From: Bilabrum cf. latius
Taxonomy: Eukaryota
DNA length: 64,000 nucleotides
Direction of reading: 5' to 3'
Assembly: GCA_965178125.1 (NCBI GenBank)
Contig: OZ237739.1
Location: 1,178,001-1,242,000 of the forward strand
The notes beneath the pieces were generated by a model. That model did no database searches and was not told the origin of the DNA. It worked only from the letters and a program-made list of their open reading frames with translations. The translations under genes were made by a program, and so were the position numbers. Positions 13,382-26,041 of the stretch are shown here, piece by piece. Numbering within the stretch: the stretch's first letter is position 1; every line of letters starts with the position of its first letter.

Positions 13382-16141
13382 ATGTCATCAAAATAGTTAA
13401 TAACTTTTCCACTTAAACATAATCAGGATGTCCCCGATGTCAAGAATTGGAAATATGTAAATAAAGTTATCCCTTAGAAGTTTAAAAATTAGAATATAGG
13501 AATGATAACGGGAGAATAGAATAATATAACAATATTTGAGTTGGAGGTATAGAAATGGTCTAAAGAGCATTCATTTATTGAAGCATTTGGAAAGGATTAT
13601 ATAAAGAGATTCAATACAAGAACAATTAAGACAGCAAACGGGCAGTATCACTTATATTTTGAATATAATTAGAATATTCTTACAACCAAGAATAAGGATG
13701 TTCAAATCAAAATAAGAAATGACGGGGCATATGTTCCTATTCCTCCCAGCTCAATAAATTATGATAAATATGAAGTTATTAACGATTCTAAAATACAAGA
13801 ATGTCCCAAAGACTTATACGATTACTATAGTAATATAATTTTAAAATCATCCAAGGCATCAAATATAAATGAGGCATCAAAAAAGAACGAAGTAAATTAC
13901 AAGGATATGAATAACTGTATGTTAAGCTTCAACTTAGAAAATAAGGACTGGGTGATAATACTAAATAGACTTAATGATAAATATCTAGAAAACTTCAAAG
14001 ATTGGTATAAAGCTACAGTAGCAAGCAAATATTTAGGTTTCAAAAAAGAATGGAACGAGTGGAGTAAAAAGGGAAAAAAATATAATTACGTTGATAATAT
14101 GAAAGTTTGGAATTCAATCCATCATTTTGATAAACTAAAAACATTTAATACTGTTAATATGATTATCAAAAATGATGATAGCAGTGTAAAGTTTTATTTA
14201 AAAGACAAATATTATGGTAAATGTTTTTATAGACCTCATATAGAAAATGTAGATGGATTCATTGAAATTAATAAACCCAAATTAGATGATATTAACAAAC
14301 CTGAAAGATTTTTTAAGTATGACCATAATTACATTATAAAAAGTGATACAGGAACTGGAAAGACCACAGCATTCAAGAAGTATATACAATAGATAAAGAC
14401 GCCTTTTATCTCTATAGTTTCAAGGGTTTGTTTAGGGAGTGAATAGTATAGAAGTTTTAAAGATGAAGGGGTAGAATGTGAATTTTACTAGAATAAAAAA
14501 TTTGATTTTGGTTAGAGCCTTATTATTACACCCGAAAGCTTACCTTAGATTGTAAATTATGATTTTTCAAAATATGTAGTATTCTTAGATGAATTTAATA
14601 GTATTATAGAACACATTTTAAGTTCTTCAACAATGAATAATAACCGCGTGTTAGTTCTGTTTATGATACAGAAAATGATTAGAACTTGTAAATAGTTTAT
14701 TGCTGTAGATGCTGATATTAGCTAGGTTGCGATGAAGTTTGTGAAGAGTACAGGCGTTAAATACAGATATTATAAGAATATTTATAAACATTTCAATGGT
14801 GTAGATGTATATTTTGATAAAGATTAGTAGGAGTTTTATGATAAATTAAAAGCGGAAGATAAATTTATCCTCTCTTGTGATAGTAAGAAGAATGCGGATA
14901 CATTTCATAAAATGTTATGTAAAGATGGAATAGAAAATATAAAATTGATTACAAGCGATTTATTACCTAGTGAAGAAATTGATTTAGATAAATATGATAA
15001 GATAATCTTTAGCCCGAAGGTGATTTACGGGCTAGATAGCACTATGGAGAGACCAGTTTATGGTCTTTTCAAAGGTGAAACTATATTACCTACTCAAATG
15101 ATACAGTAGCTAGCAAGATGTAGAAACCCATCTTATATAAATATCTTTTTTGAATGCGTTCAATCTACATATCCTGAATATGAATCAATGAGTGATGCTT
15201 GTAGTAAATTATAGATGGAAATTAATGCTTCTTGTAAGATTTATAGAACATTAGAACAATACGAACAAAAATGCCTAAAAGAAAATGGATTAGAGTATGA
15301 TATTTTAAAAGATGATGATGATGATAGAATATTTAAATTAATGTATAATGCGAGCACTAAAATATATATTCCACTAAAACGATTATATAATTATAAAGTT
15401 GATACGTATAACACAAATAAATATATTCATTTATAGAAAATATTAAGAAATAGGGGATTTAATGTTATGGTCGATAGACAATTACCAACAAAAATTAAAG
15501 GTGGATAGATAGCATCAATCATTAAGGAGCTCAAGAATGAAAAGATTGAAAAATTTGAGTATGAGAATGAACACATCTAGAGAAGAATAAATATATTAGG
15601 AATTCCTAAAGAATCAATTGATGAAGAGCTAAAAGAGTTTCTCATTGATAATTATAGTTTGTAGAATTATTTTAATTATGCTAGCTTTAAAAGAAAAAAT
15701 AAATTTACTATTTTATCTGAATTGAAAGATAGGCGTGATTTTGAGGATGAAAAATTTAAAAGTGATAAAAATAAGATAGTTTTATTATTTGATATGTTAT
15801 AGATTTTAGGATTAAGTAAGTTTGAAATCAATTATAAACGTAAAAATGAAATATCTAATAAATATAGAAAAATAGGTAAAAGATATGTTGAAACGGTTGG
15901 AGCTAGAATGAAAAAACCTATTGAGACGGATATAGAATTACACGGAGCAATAATAAAATTATATAAATAGCTGTTTGGATGTATAAGCTCAAAATGGGGT
16001 AAGGCGAAAAAAGAGGATGTAAGATAGGTAAAGGTTAGTTTTACGAAAAAGAAAGACTTATTTGAAAGAGTGTATGAATTTTAGTATAACGATGATAATA
16101 TTAATCTTTATAAAACTGAAAATTTAAGATTAGATTAGTGA
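13382..16141 (+). CDS. Prim-Pol-like primase / PriCT-2 / origin-binding-protein-like SF2 helicase fusion, 919 aa (TAG=Gln)
   Basis: NIGMITG, KTANGQYHLYF, IRNDGAYVPIPPS; EWSKKGKKY; SDTGTGKT, FLDEFNS, DAD, SPKVIYGLD, Q*LARCR. Three track ORFs share one frame; ends TGA. Confidence 0.88.
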
Positions 16142-16230
16142 TTGTGTTGATAAATTTATATAATTTAATTTATATAATATATTGAGGCTTAAAAAATATC
16201 TTATAAATAATATATAGTATATAGACAAAA

Positions 16231-16494
16231 ATGAAATACATAATAGATATAAACGATACTGTATTAAAAGAGTTGAATATATCAATGGAACAATTAGAGA
16301 AGTATAAATATATAGGTAGAAGTAAGAAAGGAAGACTGACAACGACAGAAAAAAATAGGCGATATTATGAAAAGCATAAAGACAAAATAAAGGAAAAGAA
16401 CCTTTAGAAGGCTAAAGAATACTATTTGAATAATAGAGAAATGATTAATCAAAGAAGAAGAGAAAAATATAGAGAGTCTAAAAGGAATATTTAA
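16231..16494 (+). CDS. Small basic protein, 87 aa
   Basis: ATG after a promoter motif, KEYYLNNREMIN-type repeats, one TAG, TAA stop. Confidence 0.6.
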
Positions 16495-16552
16495 TACCTT
16501 TTTTATGTGTTTAAAATAACTTAAACATTATATATTTATATAATATATAGTG

Positions 16553-16855
16553 ATGAGCGATATTTAGAGTTCAAGCAATACAGAGGAGCAACCAAAAATT
16601 AATTATATGTAGGAATATTACAAAACAAACAAAGACAAATGGAATAAAAAATATTTAGCTAGAGGAAATGAAAAAGTTAAATGCGATGTGTGTGATTGTT
16701 ATTATAGAAGGAAGGACAGAACGAGACACGAACGAACGAAGAAACACCAAAAAAATCTCAAAGAACCAAAAAAGGATATACTAGAGGAATATATCAAAAA
16801 ACTTAATCAAACCCTGCTTAATAGCGGGATTAAACCACCGGAGATATCAATTTAA
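16553..16855 (+). CDS. Zinc-ribbon/C2H2 protein, 100 aa
   Basis: KVKCDVCDCYYRRKDRTRHERTKKH, two TAGs, TAA stop. Confidence 0.75.
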
Positions 16856-16895
16856 ATTTATCTATTTATTTATTTTTTATAAATAAAAAGATTTT

Positions 16896-17749
16896 TCAAC
16901 CTTTAATAACCATCCAATTAGCGGACCAATCATTAGAGGAATTACCACCCGTTAAATGAATCGTAAATCCATCGGTTCCTGCTACTACGTGGGAAAATTC
17001 AACCGGCTCACTGGCGGGGGTGATTGTAGTAATAAAAACCAAATCACTAGAAGTCATACCCGGAACACTAGCAAATTCAGTAGCACCTCCACCACTCCAA
17101 TTTACCCTTCCTTTATGCGCTACGGTGTTATTTGCTACTACTTCACCTTTTACGGTTAAATCACATTCGTGCCCGTCTTCATCAAAACTCATAACTAAAC
17201 CAGCAGATGCGGTATTGGCACCGAATCGTAAAGCTTCACCCGAAGTGATGTAAGAAATACCCTTACTGTCAAGATGTAATCCTGCGTTGCTAACAACTAC
17301 ATCACTACTATTCACAACAGCATTTACATATAGACCACTACTATCTAATCTACCAGTTGCGACATTCTTACATTGAATAGATATGATGCCAGAGTGTACG
17401 CGCAACCTAGTCTCGTTAACAATCAGACATGGCAAGACCTGACAAAGCTGTGCCTGTGCGCGACCCTTGACCGGACTGACCGGGGCTGGGAAGAGCACGT
17501 GCACTACTCCGCCGAGGAGGAGGGGGTTGGGAGGGTGGGCAAAAATTACCCAATCTCCGCCCCTCTCCTGAACACAGAGAGGGTATGCGCGTCATCGCAA
17601 GCAATCCGTTGGCTTGGTCGCACCTTCCCGGTCGCAACCGCCATCGGAACCCAACGAGACGTTCACGCGCTCCCACTCTGGCATCAACACCGAACCCCAT
17701 CCGGCGTTAGGATCATATCATTAGGTTGCGATAATCTTGCTAAGCTCAT
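16896..17749 (-). pseudogene. Putative fiber/structural protein (173 aa when repaired), interrupted by a GC-rich insertion
   Basis: Deleting 17385-17716 gives MSLARLSQPNDISIQCKNV...DGFTIHLTGG...ANWMVIKG in one frame; beta-rich, Gly/Ser/Val-rich. Confidence 0.7.
17385..17714. mobile_element. 330-bp GC-rich insertion inside the virophage
   Basis: Host-like GC content in AT-rich DNA, flanked by AT on both sides, with a 13-bp inverted repeat TGATGCCAGAGTG (17384-17396) / CACTCTGGCATCA (17674-17686). Confidence 0.75.
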
Positions 17750-17802
17750 TTTTTGTATATATAAATAAGAGAAAAACTAAAACTTATATCAAACCTATAA
17801 TA

Positions 17803-18510
17803 TTAAACTTTCATTAATTTTTTAGCTCTATCTACGGCGTCCATAAAGCTATCTTTTAATGTTGGTTCATTCCATAATACAAACCTAGACCAAAAAGCGG
17901 GGGATTTATAGTCTTTAAAGTCTTCATTTATTGAATGTCTTTTAATATAATTTTTCTTTTTACGGTTTGCTTCCTTCTCTCCATCTTTATTATAATATTG
18001 TATAAAGTCCATATAAGGGGTACCATCATTCTTAATTCCACCAAAATGAACAGTAAACAGAATATTATTACCTTGAACTACTTTAATCATATATTTTTTA
18101 TTTGATTTAGTTGATTTATATAAATTAAAAACTGGTTTAGGTCTAAATGATTTCACGTGTCCGTTATTAAATTTTTCCTTCATTGCTTCCTCTATTTCTT
18201 CCGTGTCTAATTCTCCAAAGGTTAAAGGGGTCTCTTTATTTATTCTTTTAGTGGGTCTATATATATCTCCTTTTTCCTAATATCCCTTTTCTCCCTTCTA
18301 ATTCTTCCAATCCTCTAATTTCCACCTTCTTAAATTTTTCTATGCTTCATTTAATTTAATTTTATCATATGTCCCCCCTAGTTTTTTATAACGAGCAAAA
18401 TATGCTAATGAACGATAAGCTGAAGGCTTTTTATACGTTCTATTTACTTCTTGGATTGCTTTTTTGTAAATTTTAGGATTATTAATATAACTAGGTATAT
18501 TATCATTCAT
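17803..18510 (-). CDS. Two-domain basic protein of giant-virus/virophage type (DUF5872-like plus DUF5754-like), 235 aa
   Basis: PSAYRS..YKKLGGTY..LRRWKLEDW..YRPTKRINKETP, then VHFGG..DFIQY..SPAFWSRFVLW. Family names are from motif recall only. Confidence 0.7.
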
Positions 18511-18704
18511 TTGTATAATTAATAAAATGATAATTTTTTAATAGCGTGAGCCGTTTTCTTTCTATATTCTTCATAGAGTCTTTTATTATTTGGATTCTTC
18601 ATTAATTTATTTTTTACCTTCTTTAATGCCTTCTTAATAGCATACTAAACAAAGATATTACTAATAATATTAATCATATATTATATAATAAATAAATATT
18701 TAAT

Positions 18705-20204
18705 TCAAAGCATTAAACCGCCTTTTTTTCCTTTCCTTGATATAATTTCTTCTTTTTCATTTACGACCATTAAATCATTCTATCCGTGGATAATTAATTT
18801 CTATCCTTCTTCATTAATCTATTCTTTTTTATATTCACCTAATTCTTTACCTACTTTAAAATTTAATCTTTTGTTAAATGTGATACTGTCGGTGTGAATT
18901 CGTATAATATGTTTAGCGTTGTTCTTATTCACTTTCTTCATCAATCGTTGTCTTCCATATGCCAGAATAAAAGGTTTCAATTTTCCCCAGCTATATTTAA
19001 AGGGTACTTTATGTTTCAAATGATAAATAAATTCTCCGTCATTATCCATTTCTACACGGTCAATATCAAATTTATCTATATTTATTTTTTTATCATCTTT
19101 TGATGTAATTGTCTTTTTAGAGGAACTACATAATTTACCCCATAATGAATTTAATATTTCTTTTGCTAGATATGATTTGCTTTTTAATTTGTAGAACATT
19201 GAGACATAGGATTTAAAAAGTGTTTCACCTTTGATATATTTATCATAGGTCATAAAATTAAATTCGTCGCTTGACATCTCTATCTCACACCCATATTTAA
19301 CAAACATATTCATATCAGTAAAGACATAATAAGTAAATTCATTTTCAAATACCTTCATCATTTGAAAGATATTCGGGTCGCATTTTCCACGGCTTACCTT
19401 ACATTTATAAATCCCTATTTCGTTTTTATTATTAATCTATTTATTATCAATTGTTTTATAAATAGGATTTCCATATGGTAGTAGTGAATTAGATGACATA
19501 ATGGCGGGGTAATGACTATTTATATCGTAGGTGATAAACTCCTCATATTGTCCCTTCTTGTGATATTGAATCCCGCCACGCGTTGAACCTTCAATAAATA
19601 CCGCTTCCTCTGGGGTTATATCTGGTGGGCTATCTATCATCATATTAAACATTGTAAAGAAATGAAGGGCTGTTTGTCTGATTCCATATTTCATTACATC
19701 TAATGATGGGTTCTCGTCGTGTAATTCATCACTTGCTATACTCAGCCTTAAGCTCCATTCTTTGATATCTTCATCCTCTGGGCATTCGTGAATGGTGTAA
19801 TGAAGATAATATTTCTTTGAATGATAATCGGTTAGGCTCTCAACTCTATATTTATCTTTTTCAATTATTTCGGCTTTATCGGTTAATTTAACAACCATAG
19901 ATTTATGGCACCGCACAAATAAAGGTTTCATCCTCTAGACGGCTTTAAATGAACCATCTTTATATTCTAAACAAACCCTTTTAAAACTCTTTTTTTTCCT
20001 ACTTAGATAATAGACCTTTATATCGTCTTTCTCTCTAATCTCTATATCCATTTTTAAACCTGAAACAAGTTTATAAAGGTTCTTTGTAGTTATGGGCTTA
20101 CCGTTAAATACCTTTTCTAGATACTTCACGGATTGAATGGGGTTATCATACTTTTTACCAAAGCATATATTTAATTGATTTAACACATTTTCGTAATTTA
20201 TCAT
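18705..20204 (-). CDS. polB: Protein-primed-type family B DNA polymerase, compact, 499 aa (TAG=Gln)
   Basis: STRGG, YDINSHYPAIM (motif A), KEILNSLWGKL (B), IHTDSI (C), LGEYKKE. Three track ORFs join in frame; TGA stop. Confidence 0.88.
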
Positions 20205-20282
20205 TTCCTATAGTATATTATATTTAATATATTTTTAAGCCATTTTAAACACATATTATAAAGTTTAAATTATAAAATGTAA

Positions 20283-20624
20283 TTATTGTTTCGGAGCAGT
20301 GAGGATTAATATAAATCTCTTCACTTGCTCATCACTTAAGAAGGTATAGCGAGAAGAAGGACTGAATAACATTACATCATCCTTTAATTTAAATGGTGAA
20401 CCAGTTCGCCAGCCTATGGGGTAGAGAGAACTAACATACGCATCATAATTTTTTAAATGGGGCTTTTGTTTTAATAACCTCTAGATATATTTTTTTAATA
20501 AAGTCTTCATTTCTAAATCATTATATCCATCATCTGGACGAGGAGGGAACACGAAATTATATACGGGCTTATTGTTTTTAACAAGTTGAGTTCTAACAAT
20601 TTGAATATCACTTAATTTAACCAT
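20283..20624 (-). CDS. Hypothetical protein, 113 aa
   Basis: ATG to TAA with one TAG; upstream GCTTAAA motif. Confidence 0.6.
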
Positions 20625-20671
20625 TTTTATATATATACTATAGATATTTTATTTTTAAGCCAAATACACGC

Positions 20672-20688
20672 GTTTAAAATGACTTAAA
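20672..20688 (+). promoter_or_regulatory. Recurrent viral upstream motif GTTTAAAATRRCTTAAA (representative copy)
   Basis: Full or partial copies lie about 30-45 nt upstream of the starts at 13382, 16231, 16553, 20204, 20624, 20717, 22136, 22743 and 36151. Confidence 0.75.
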
Positions 20689-20716
20689 GATTTTATTTTA
20701 TTATAATATATATAGA

Positions 20717-21262
20717 ATGTCAAAATTTGAGAGTTATGAACCAAGCGAATTAATGGAACTTTTAGAAGAGGGAGCCGTAAAGAAAGCCAAGAAATATATT
20801 AATCAATTCTTCTTTAAAACTTTTAAAGGGATATTTTTTAATAATACCGTAGAAGATAAATTTGAACTAGTGGATGAAGACGAATTAAATGGTTTGTATC
20901 TAACCCCTGATATGAAAACCGACAGTGCCAAAAATCCATTTGTTCCATACATTTATATGTTTTCTAGTGAGCCCCCGATTTATTATACAGGAAATTTTGA
21001 GAGTAAAGACCCCATAATGACAATTAAAAAGAAGGACAAACCCATCAAATATATTAATTTGTCATACGGTCAATTTATACCCGAGGAAGTAGAGGAACCA
21101 GAAGAAGAAGAAGAACCAATAAGACCCAAGAAAAAGACTAAGAAGAGGAATAAGAAGAAACAAAAACGTGATAATAATAGAAATGTTGATAAACCAGATG
21201 ATGAAGATGATGATGAAGAAACCTTTAGAGACCAACTAAACGAGGCATTAAAAGATTTCTAA
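20717..21262 (+). CDS. Hypothetical protein with acidic/basic tail, 181 aa
   Basis: Open ORF with the GTTTAAAATGACTTAAA motif upstream. Confidence 0.75.
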   Translation: MSKFESYEPSELMELLEEGAVKKAKKYINQFFFKTFKGIFFNNTVEDKFELVDEDELNGLYLTPDMKTDSAKNPFVPYIYMFSSEPPIYYTGNFESKDPIMTIKKKDKPIKYINLSYGQFIPEEVEEPEEEEEPIRPKKKTKKRNKKKQKRDNNRNVDKPDDEDDDEETFRDQLNEALKDF

Positions 21263-21321
21263 ATAATTTAATATTTATACTAATATTAAATATGATATCT
21301 TTATTAATAATTGAACACCTT

Positions 21322-21512
21322 GACCATCTAATAAAAGGGCTAGAATATTAAAATATATATGGTTATCTCTATAATAAAATCCATACGATGGCTATATCCA
21401 CAAATTGCGTATTAGTATATGTATTATTTAGCAAAACGTGGATGGATTAGTTTTATGAAGATGATTTGATTGATATCGTATTTCTAGCCCAAAAGTTCCA
21501 TCACTTTAGAAG
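21322..21512 (+). repeat. Internal inverted repeat, arm 1 (partner about 25841-26034)
   Basis: TAAAATCCATACGATGGCTATATCCACAAATTGCGTAT and flanking blocks recur as reverse complement. Confidence 0.85.
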
Positions 21513-21584
21513 GTTGTAATATAGCCCCTTCTAACTCCCATCATCACTATGTTAAATATTAATTTTATCATTAATATCTAATTA

Positions 21585-22136
21585 TTATTTACCAATATGA
21601 CATTTATAACAAATTGAATATTTCATATCTTTAATTCTAGACACTCCGCATTTTTTACACGCCTTTTTACCATATTTTGTAATCGTATAACAAGACTTAC
21701 AGGTTGTCCTCCAATCACTTCTAAGCATTTTACAAAGACACACATCACATCTTTTTTCATTCCTCTTTTTTTCCTCTAACTTTTTCTATTTCTTTTCTAA
21801 CTCAATATGTCTTATTCCTTCACAGTGCTTATTATATCGGTCTCTTGCGACATCCTTTTTACATATTCCACACCACTTATATAAACATTTTTTACGAATT
21901 TGATTTTCTTTATCCTTTATCATCTACTTTATACAACTAGAACCCACTTTAAAAACATATCCACTAGGGGTATGCTCTATTTCGTGCTCGGTTCGTATCT
22001 CGTGCCCACAAATACAATTACCCAATTTATCACCTTGAATAACGGTTGAGCCAATATGAATTAATTTCTTCTAAATGTCCATCCATTTTATATTACCGGT
22101 ATGTTCCTATATTTGTTCAATACACTTTTTACACAT
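21585..22136 (-). CDS. Cys-rich multi-zinc-finger protein, 183 aa
   Basis: CICGHEI...VGSSCI, CGIC..H..H, CDVC, CKSC, CKKC, CYKC; 4 TAGs; TAA stop. Confidence 0.8.
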
Positions 22137-22290
22137 TCTCTATATAATATCTATATAATATAATCTTTAAGTCATTTTAAACGCGTTATATTATAAAAAA
22201 GGGGCTTAAAAAATAGACACTATTGATATAGATGATTATATTAATTAATATTATTAAAATATTAATTAATTAGACCGGTTAAATAGTTCT

Positions 22291-22401
22291 TTGGAAAGTA
22301 TGAACCTACTTTGAAAAGTATGAACCAACTTCGGAAAGTATGAACCTACTTTGAAAAGTGTGAACCAACTTCGGAAAGTATGAACCTACTTTGGAAAGTA
22401 T
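22291..22401. repeat. Intergenic 20-bp tandem repeat x5.5 (TYGRAAAGTRTGAACCWACT)
   Basis: Exact 20-bp period with alternating variants. Confidence 0.95.
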
Positions 22402-22452
22402 CATTCACAGGTCATATATTTATTTAATATGTATAAATAAATAATAAAATGA

Positions 22453-22743
22453 TTATCTTGCCTTATATAATTGAATGGGTTTCTTTTCTAATAGACAAAC
22501 AGCCAAATAATGAAGTACAATGTCATCATCTCTATACTTATTCCTCGTCTAAATAATACATTTATAGGTTGAATATTTGAGATATAATAGCTTCTCTCTA
22601 CTGTCTTTTTTTAATTGATTGGTGATTTCTTTTACCTAATCACTGTTTGTAAAAATTACGGTCAAAACTCCATCAATTTCTGTCTGGATATAGACATCGT
22701 GTGTAGGCGGTAGATTCTCAATAATTTTATTTAACTTTTCCAT
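22453..22743 (-). CDS. Hypothetical protein, 96 aa
   Basis: ATG to TAA with 2 TAGs; promoter motif upstream. Confidence 0.55.
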
Positions 22744-22790
22744 TTGATATATATTAGTTAGTTAATATATATTTAAGTCATTTTAAACGT

Positions 22791-24680
22791 TTAAGATGTG
22801 CTTAAAAGGGCCTCAAGATCGTCTGTTTTCATTGCCGCACCTCCACGCATCGTAAGTTTTCCACCAAGTTTATTCAATTCTCCTCCACTATTTCCATATC
22901 CATAATGTGCCGCCGCTTTGCCAATAGCGCTATTGTCTCCTGTTAGACTTTTGAGTGGTCCTATATTCCTAATGGTTTTCGCTAGGTTTTTAGCCTAATC
23001 ACTTTTTGCCCAATCTTTAACCTTGTTCCATCCGTGTTTAAAGGCTCGTCCAATCTTAGACCAGAAACGACCTTTTCCACCCATAACATTAGCATAATTA
23101 TCTAAATCCTCAAATACAGGCTAGAAACCTTTAGAACCACTTTCAGCATCACCACGTTTAGCAAGTTCAGAAAGCACTTTAGAAGGCTCAATAAGGGCGC
23201 CAGCCTCAGTATAGACACCGTTATCATTCACAAGAACATTATCATAAAACATCCATACTTTTACCTCGTATTTATCCTCATACGCACCATCCGCATATTT
23301 ATTATAAGGGTTGAAGCACTAAAGATTAACTTTAAGATTAAATCCAGTATTTACATTAGATTGAACACCAGCAAGTGTAGCAACATCTGAAGGTTTTAAA
23401 ATCATATAGCAACCAGTACCGCGGTTTCCATCACTTCCATCAATTGATGAACCATAAAAGGATGAAGGAGGAAGAGCATATCCGTTCTTTCTACTAATTC
23501 TATATAATTCGTGTGGATTATCTACAGCCCCTAATTCCTCAGCGCTTCCATTGAGTGAGAAACCTATTCTTCTAATTGGTAAAGTTCTATTAGCCCAGTT
23601 AGGGTTATCATCACAACCAACAAGGCGGGCACATACCATAATAGCACTAGGGATACCATTCTCACGGGATAATTGATAATCAAAAGAAGTTAAAGAATTT
23701 TCAGTTGCGGATTTAGGTACAGGGACAGGCGCCTAAGACTAAAATTTAATTGTAGGCATATTATACATACAACGAGTCGGGGGGGCGTATCCACTCTAAA
23801 ATTCAACTTCATCAACAAGAAGGGTCGTATTTGTTTCTCCTATAATTGACTAACCCGTTATTTTGTTAATATCTCCGTTATCTTTTGTAAAACTAGCCTT
23901 ACACAGTCTTTGAATGGCATTTACGTGATAATCTAAATCAACCTGAAGGCTTCTCACACCGGTGAAATATTTAGCATTCACATCAACATCTGCTCCTTTT
24001 AGTGGTATAGCTTCTTGAAAATCAATAGTCCAATCAATTTGGTCTCTATTACCCGCAACGAAATCAGCACTTACAGTCGTAAAAGCATTCCCATATGCTC
24101 CACGATAACTAAAGCTATCACCGGCACTATATCCAACATCCTAACCCCAAGCTAAAGGATTTTTAAGGGTATCACTTACTTCACGATAATCACCAACAGT
24201 GTCAGGGCGTCCAACGGGTGAGATTGTGGATAAGGTTTCTTCACTGTTCATAACTTCAGTAGGTTCAGCCCATTCATAAACTTTTACTGTAAAAGGCTAT
24301 CCATTAATTGTTAAAACACCACCTTGAAGCATTTTAAAGGTAGGTAATGAATTAGTTCCAAACCTAGATTTAAGATAAGATTGAGCGGTAATAGCATCAC
24401 CTCCCGCAGTTTGAGCTGGTACTGCTTGCTCTAGTTGTAGCCTAACTGTCATACGATGACGAAGACGAATAAACCTTGATACGGTTTTACTAGTAGGATT
24501 AACGGGGAAAGAAAGGGGAAGAAGAGAATTAGATTGATTAGATGATGGTCTAATTTCTCGGCGGGTATATTTTTGAACACCTAGTTCTGTTCCTAAACTA
24601 GCATCTTCAGGGGTTATCATTTGAAGGCTTTTAGGAGCCTTAATGCTTACTGGTAAATTCTGAACCATTTGTTGAGCCAT
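22791..24680 (-). CDS. MCP: Virophage major capsid protein, 629 aa (TAG=Gln)
   Basis: Size, beta-rich body, adjacency to penton/protease/ATPase, and a Gly-rich C-terminal extension (MGGKGRFWSKIGRAFKHGW...GYGNSGG...RGG) typical of virophage MCPs. Confidence 0.88.
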
Positions 24681-24751
24681 TTTTTTATATATACACTATA
24701 GATATAAATTTTTTAATATCTAAACATATTTTATAATCTTCTATAATTTAT

Positions 24752-25705
24752 TTAAAAATCTAAACTTAAATTATCGGTTTGTTTTTTAAATACTTGTTTA
24801 ATGTGAGCTTCACCCCCGTTAAAATTCATTACGGGATACTTTTCATTTTGTTTATCAACCCAGTAGAACGCCATTGACACGCTCTTAAAGCTTCTATCCT
24901 TCATCATTGAATACCAGCGGTAAGGATTAGAAACATATAATATATTTTCTATTGGTGAGCTGTCATTAGGATTATACGGGTAGCTGGTTAATATAGGGGA
25001 TTTATTGACGGCTATAGAGCCACCAGTAGATGATTTTGTGGTCACCAATTCTTTATTCACTGGAATATCACTTTCTACGATAATAGATTTAACAGGGCAC
25101 CAAGAATTTAAATTCGTCTATCTAGCCATAAAAACATAATCACCACTAGCAGGGGAATTATTATATGAAAGTTTAGCAAATAAATCACTCGGTGTGGTTG
25201 TTATTCCTTCATATTCAAATTTATCAAATAAAGCAAAAGCTTCAAAATTAACAAATAAATAATAATTATCTCTAAAATCTTCAGTTGTTGATAAACTCCA
25301 TTTATTATTTTCAAATTTAAAGACTGGTTTATCACCACTTGGAAGGCTTACCAAATCACAAATTCGGCTTAACTCTTCATTAAATTCATTTACAATATCC
25401 TAATATGAATAATAAAATTTAGCTTTTTTACCTAGAACTATATAATCGCCTGCTCTGGCTCCTGATGTTTTATTCTCAAGAGTAAATTTTAAATAGGTTT
25501 TACCGCTGTCATCCTAATATTCAGGTTTAAACACCGGTAGCATAAATTTATTTAAATCCATCTCTTCAACAGCCGTTAAATAATTTTCACTTTGTTTTAA
25601 TATTAAGCCTTCACGGGTTTCATTCACTACCGCCTATCTCGTCTAATTGTGGGGGACAGATGAACTAACTAAATTCAATCTTACAAATTCATCGCTATAA
25701 CTCAT
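24752..25705 (-). CDS. Penton / minor capsid protein, 317 aa
   Basis: NETREGLILKQSENYLTAV..LPVFKP, WCPVKSIIVESDIPV, YRWYSM..FYWVDK; directly upstream of MCP. Confidence 0.85.
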
Positions 25706-25840
25706 TTTATTTATATATTAAAGCTATACAAATAAATATTTATTAATAAACCTTATCTAATATTTCATCTTGATTTTTACCCTTCACTTTTACCAATATA
25801 TTTAAAAGTTTGATTGAATTTAGATGGATGAAAAATTGCC

Positions 25841-26034
25841 CTTCTAAAACGATGGAACTTTTCTAAATAAAAGGGCTTATATCTTCATTTCACCTTCACA
25901 AGAGGCCCTACATCCACGTTTTGCTAGAAAACACTATAATATATACGCAATTTGTGGATATAGCCATCGTATGGATTTTATTTTAGAGATAATCATATTT
26001 TATTATTTTATTCTAGCCCTTTTATTAGATGGTC
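25841..26034 (-). repeat. Internal inverted repeat, arm 2
   Basis: Imperfect reverse complement of 21322-21512. Confidence 0.85.
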
Positions 26035-26041
26035 GGAGTAT

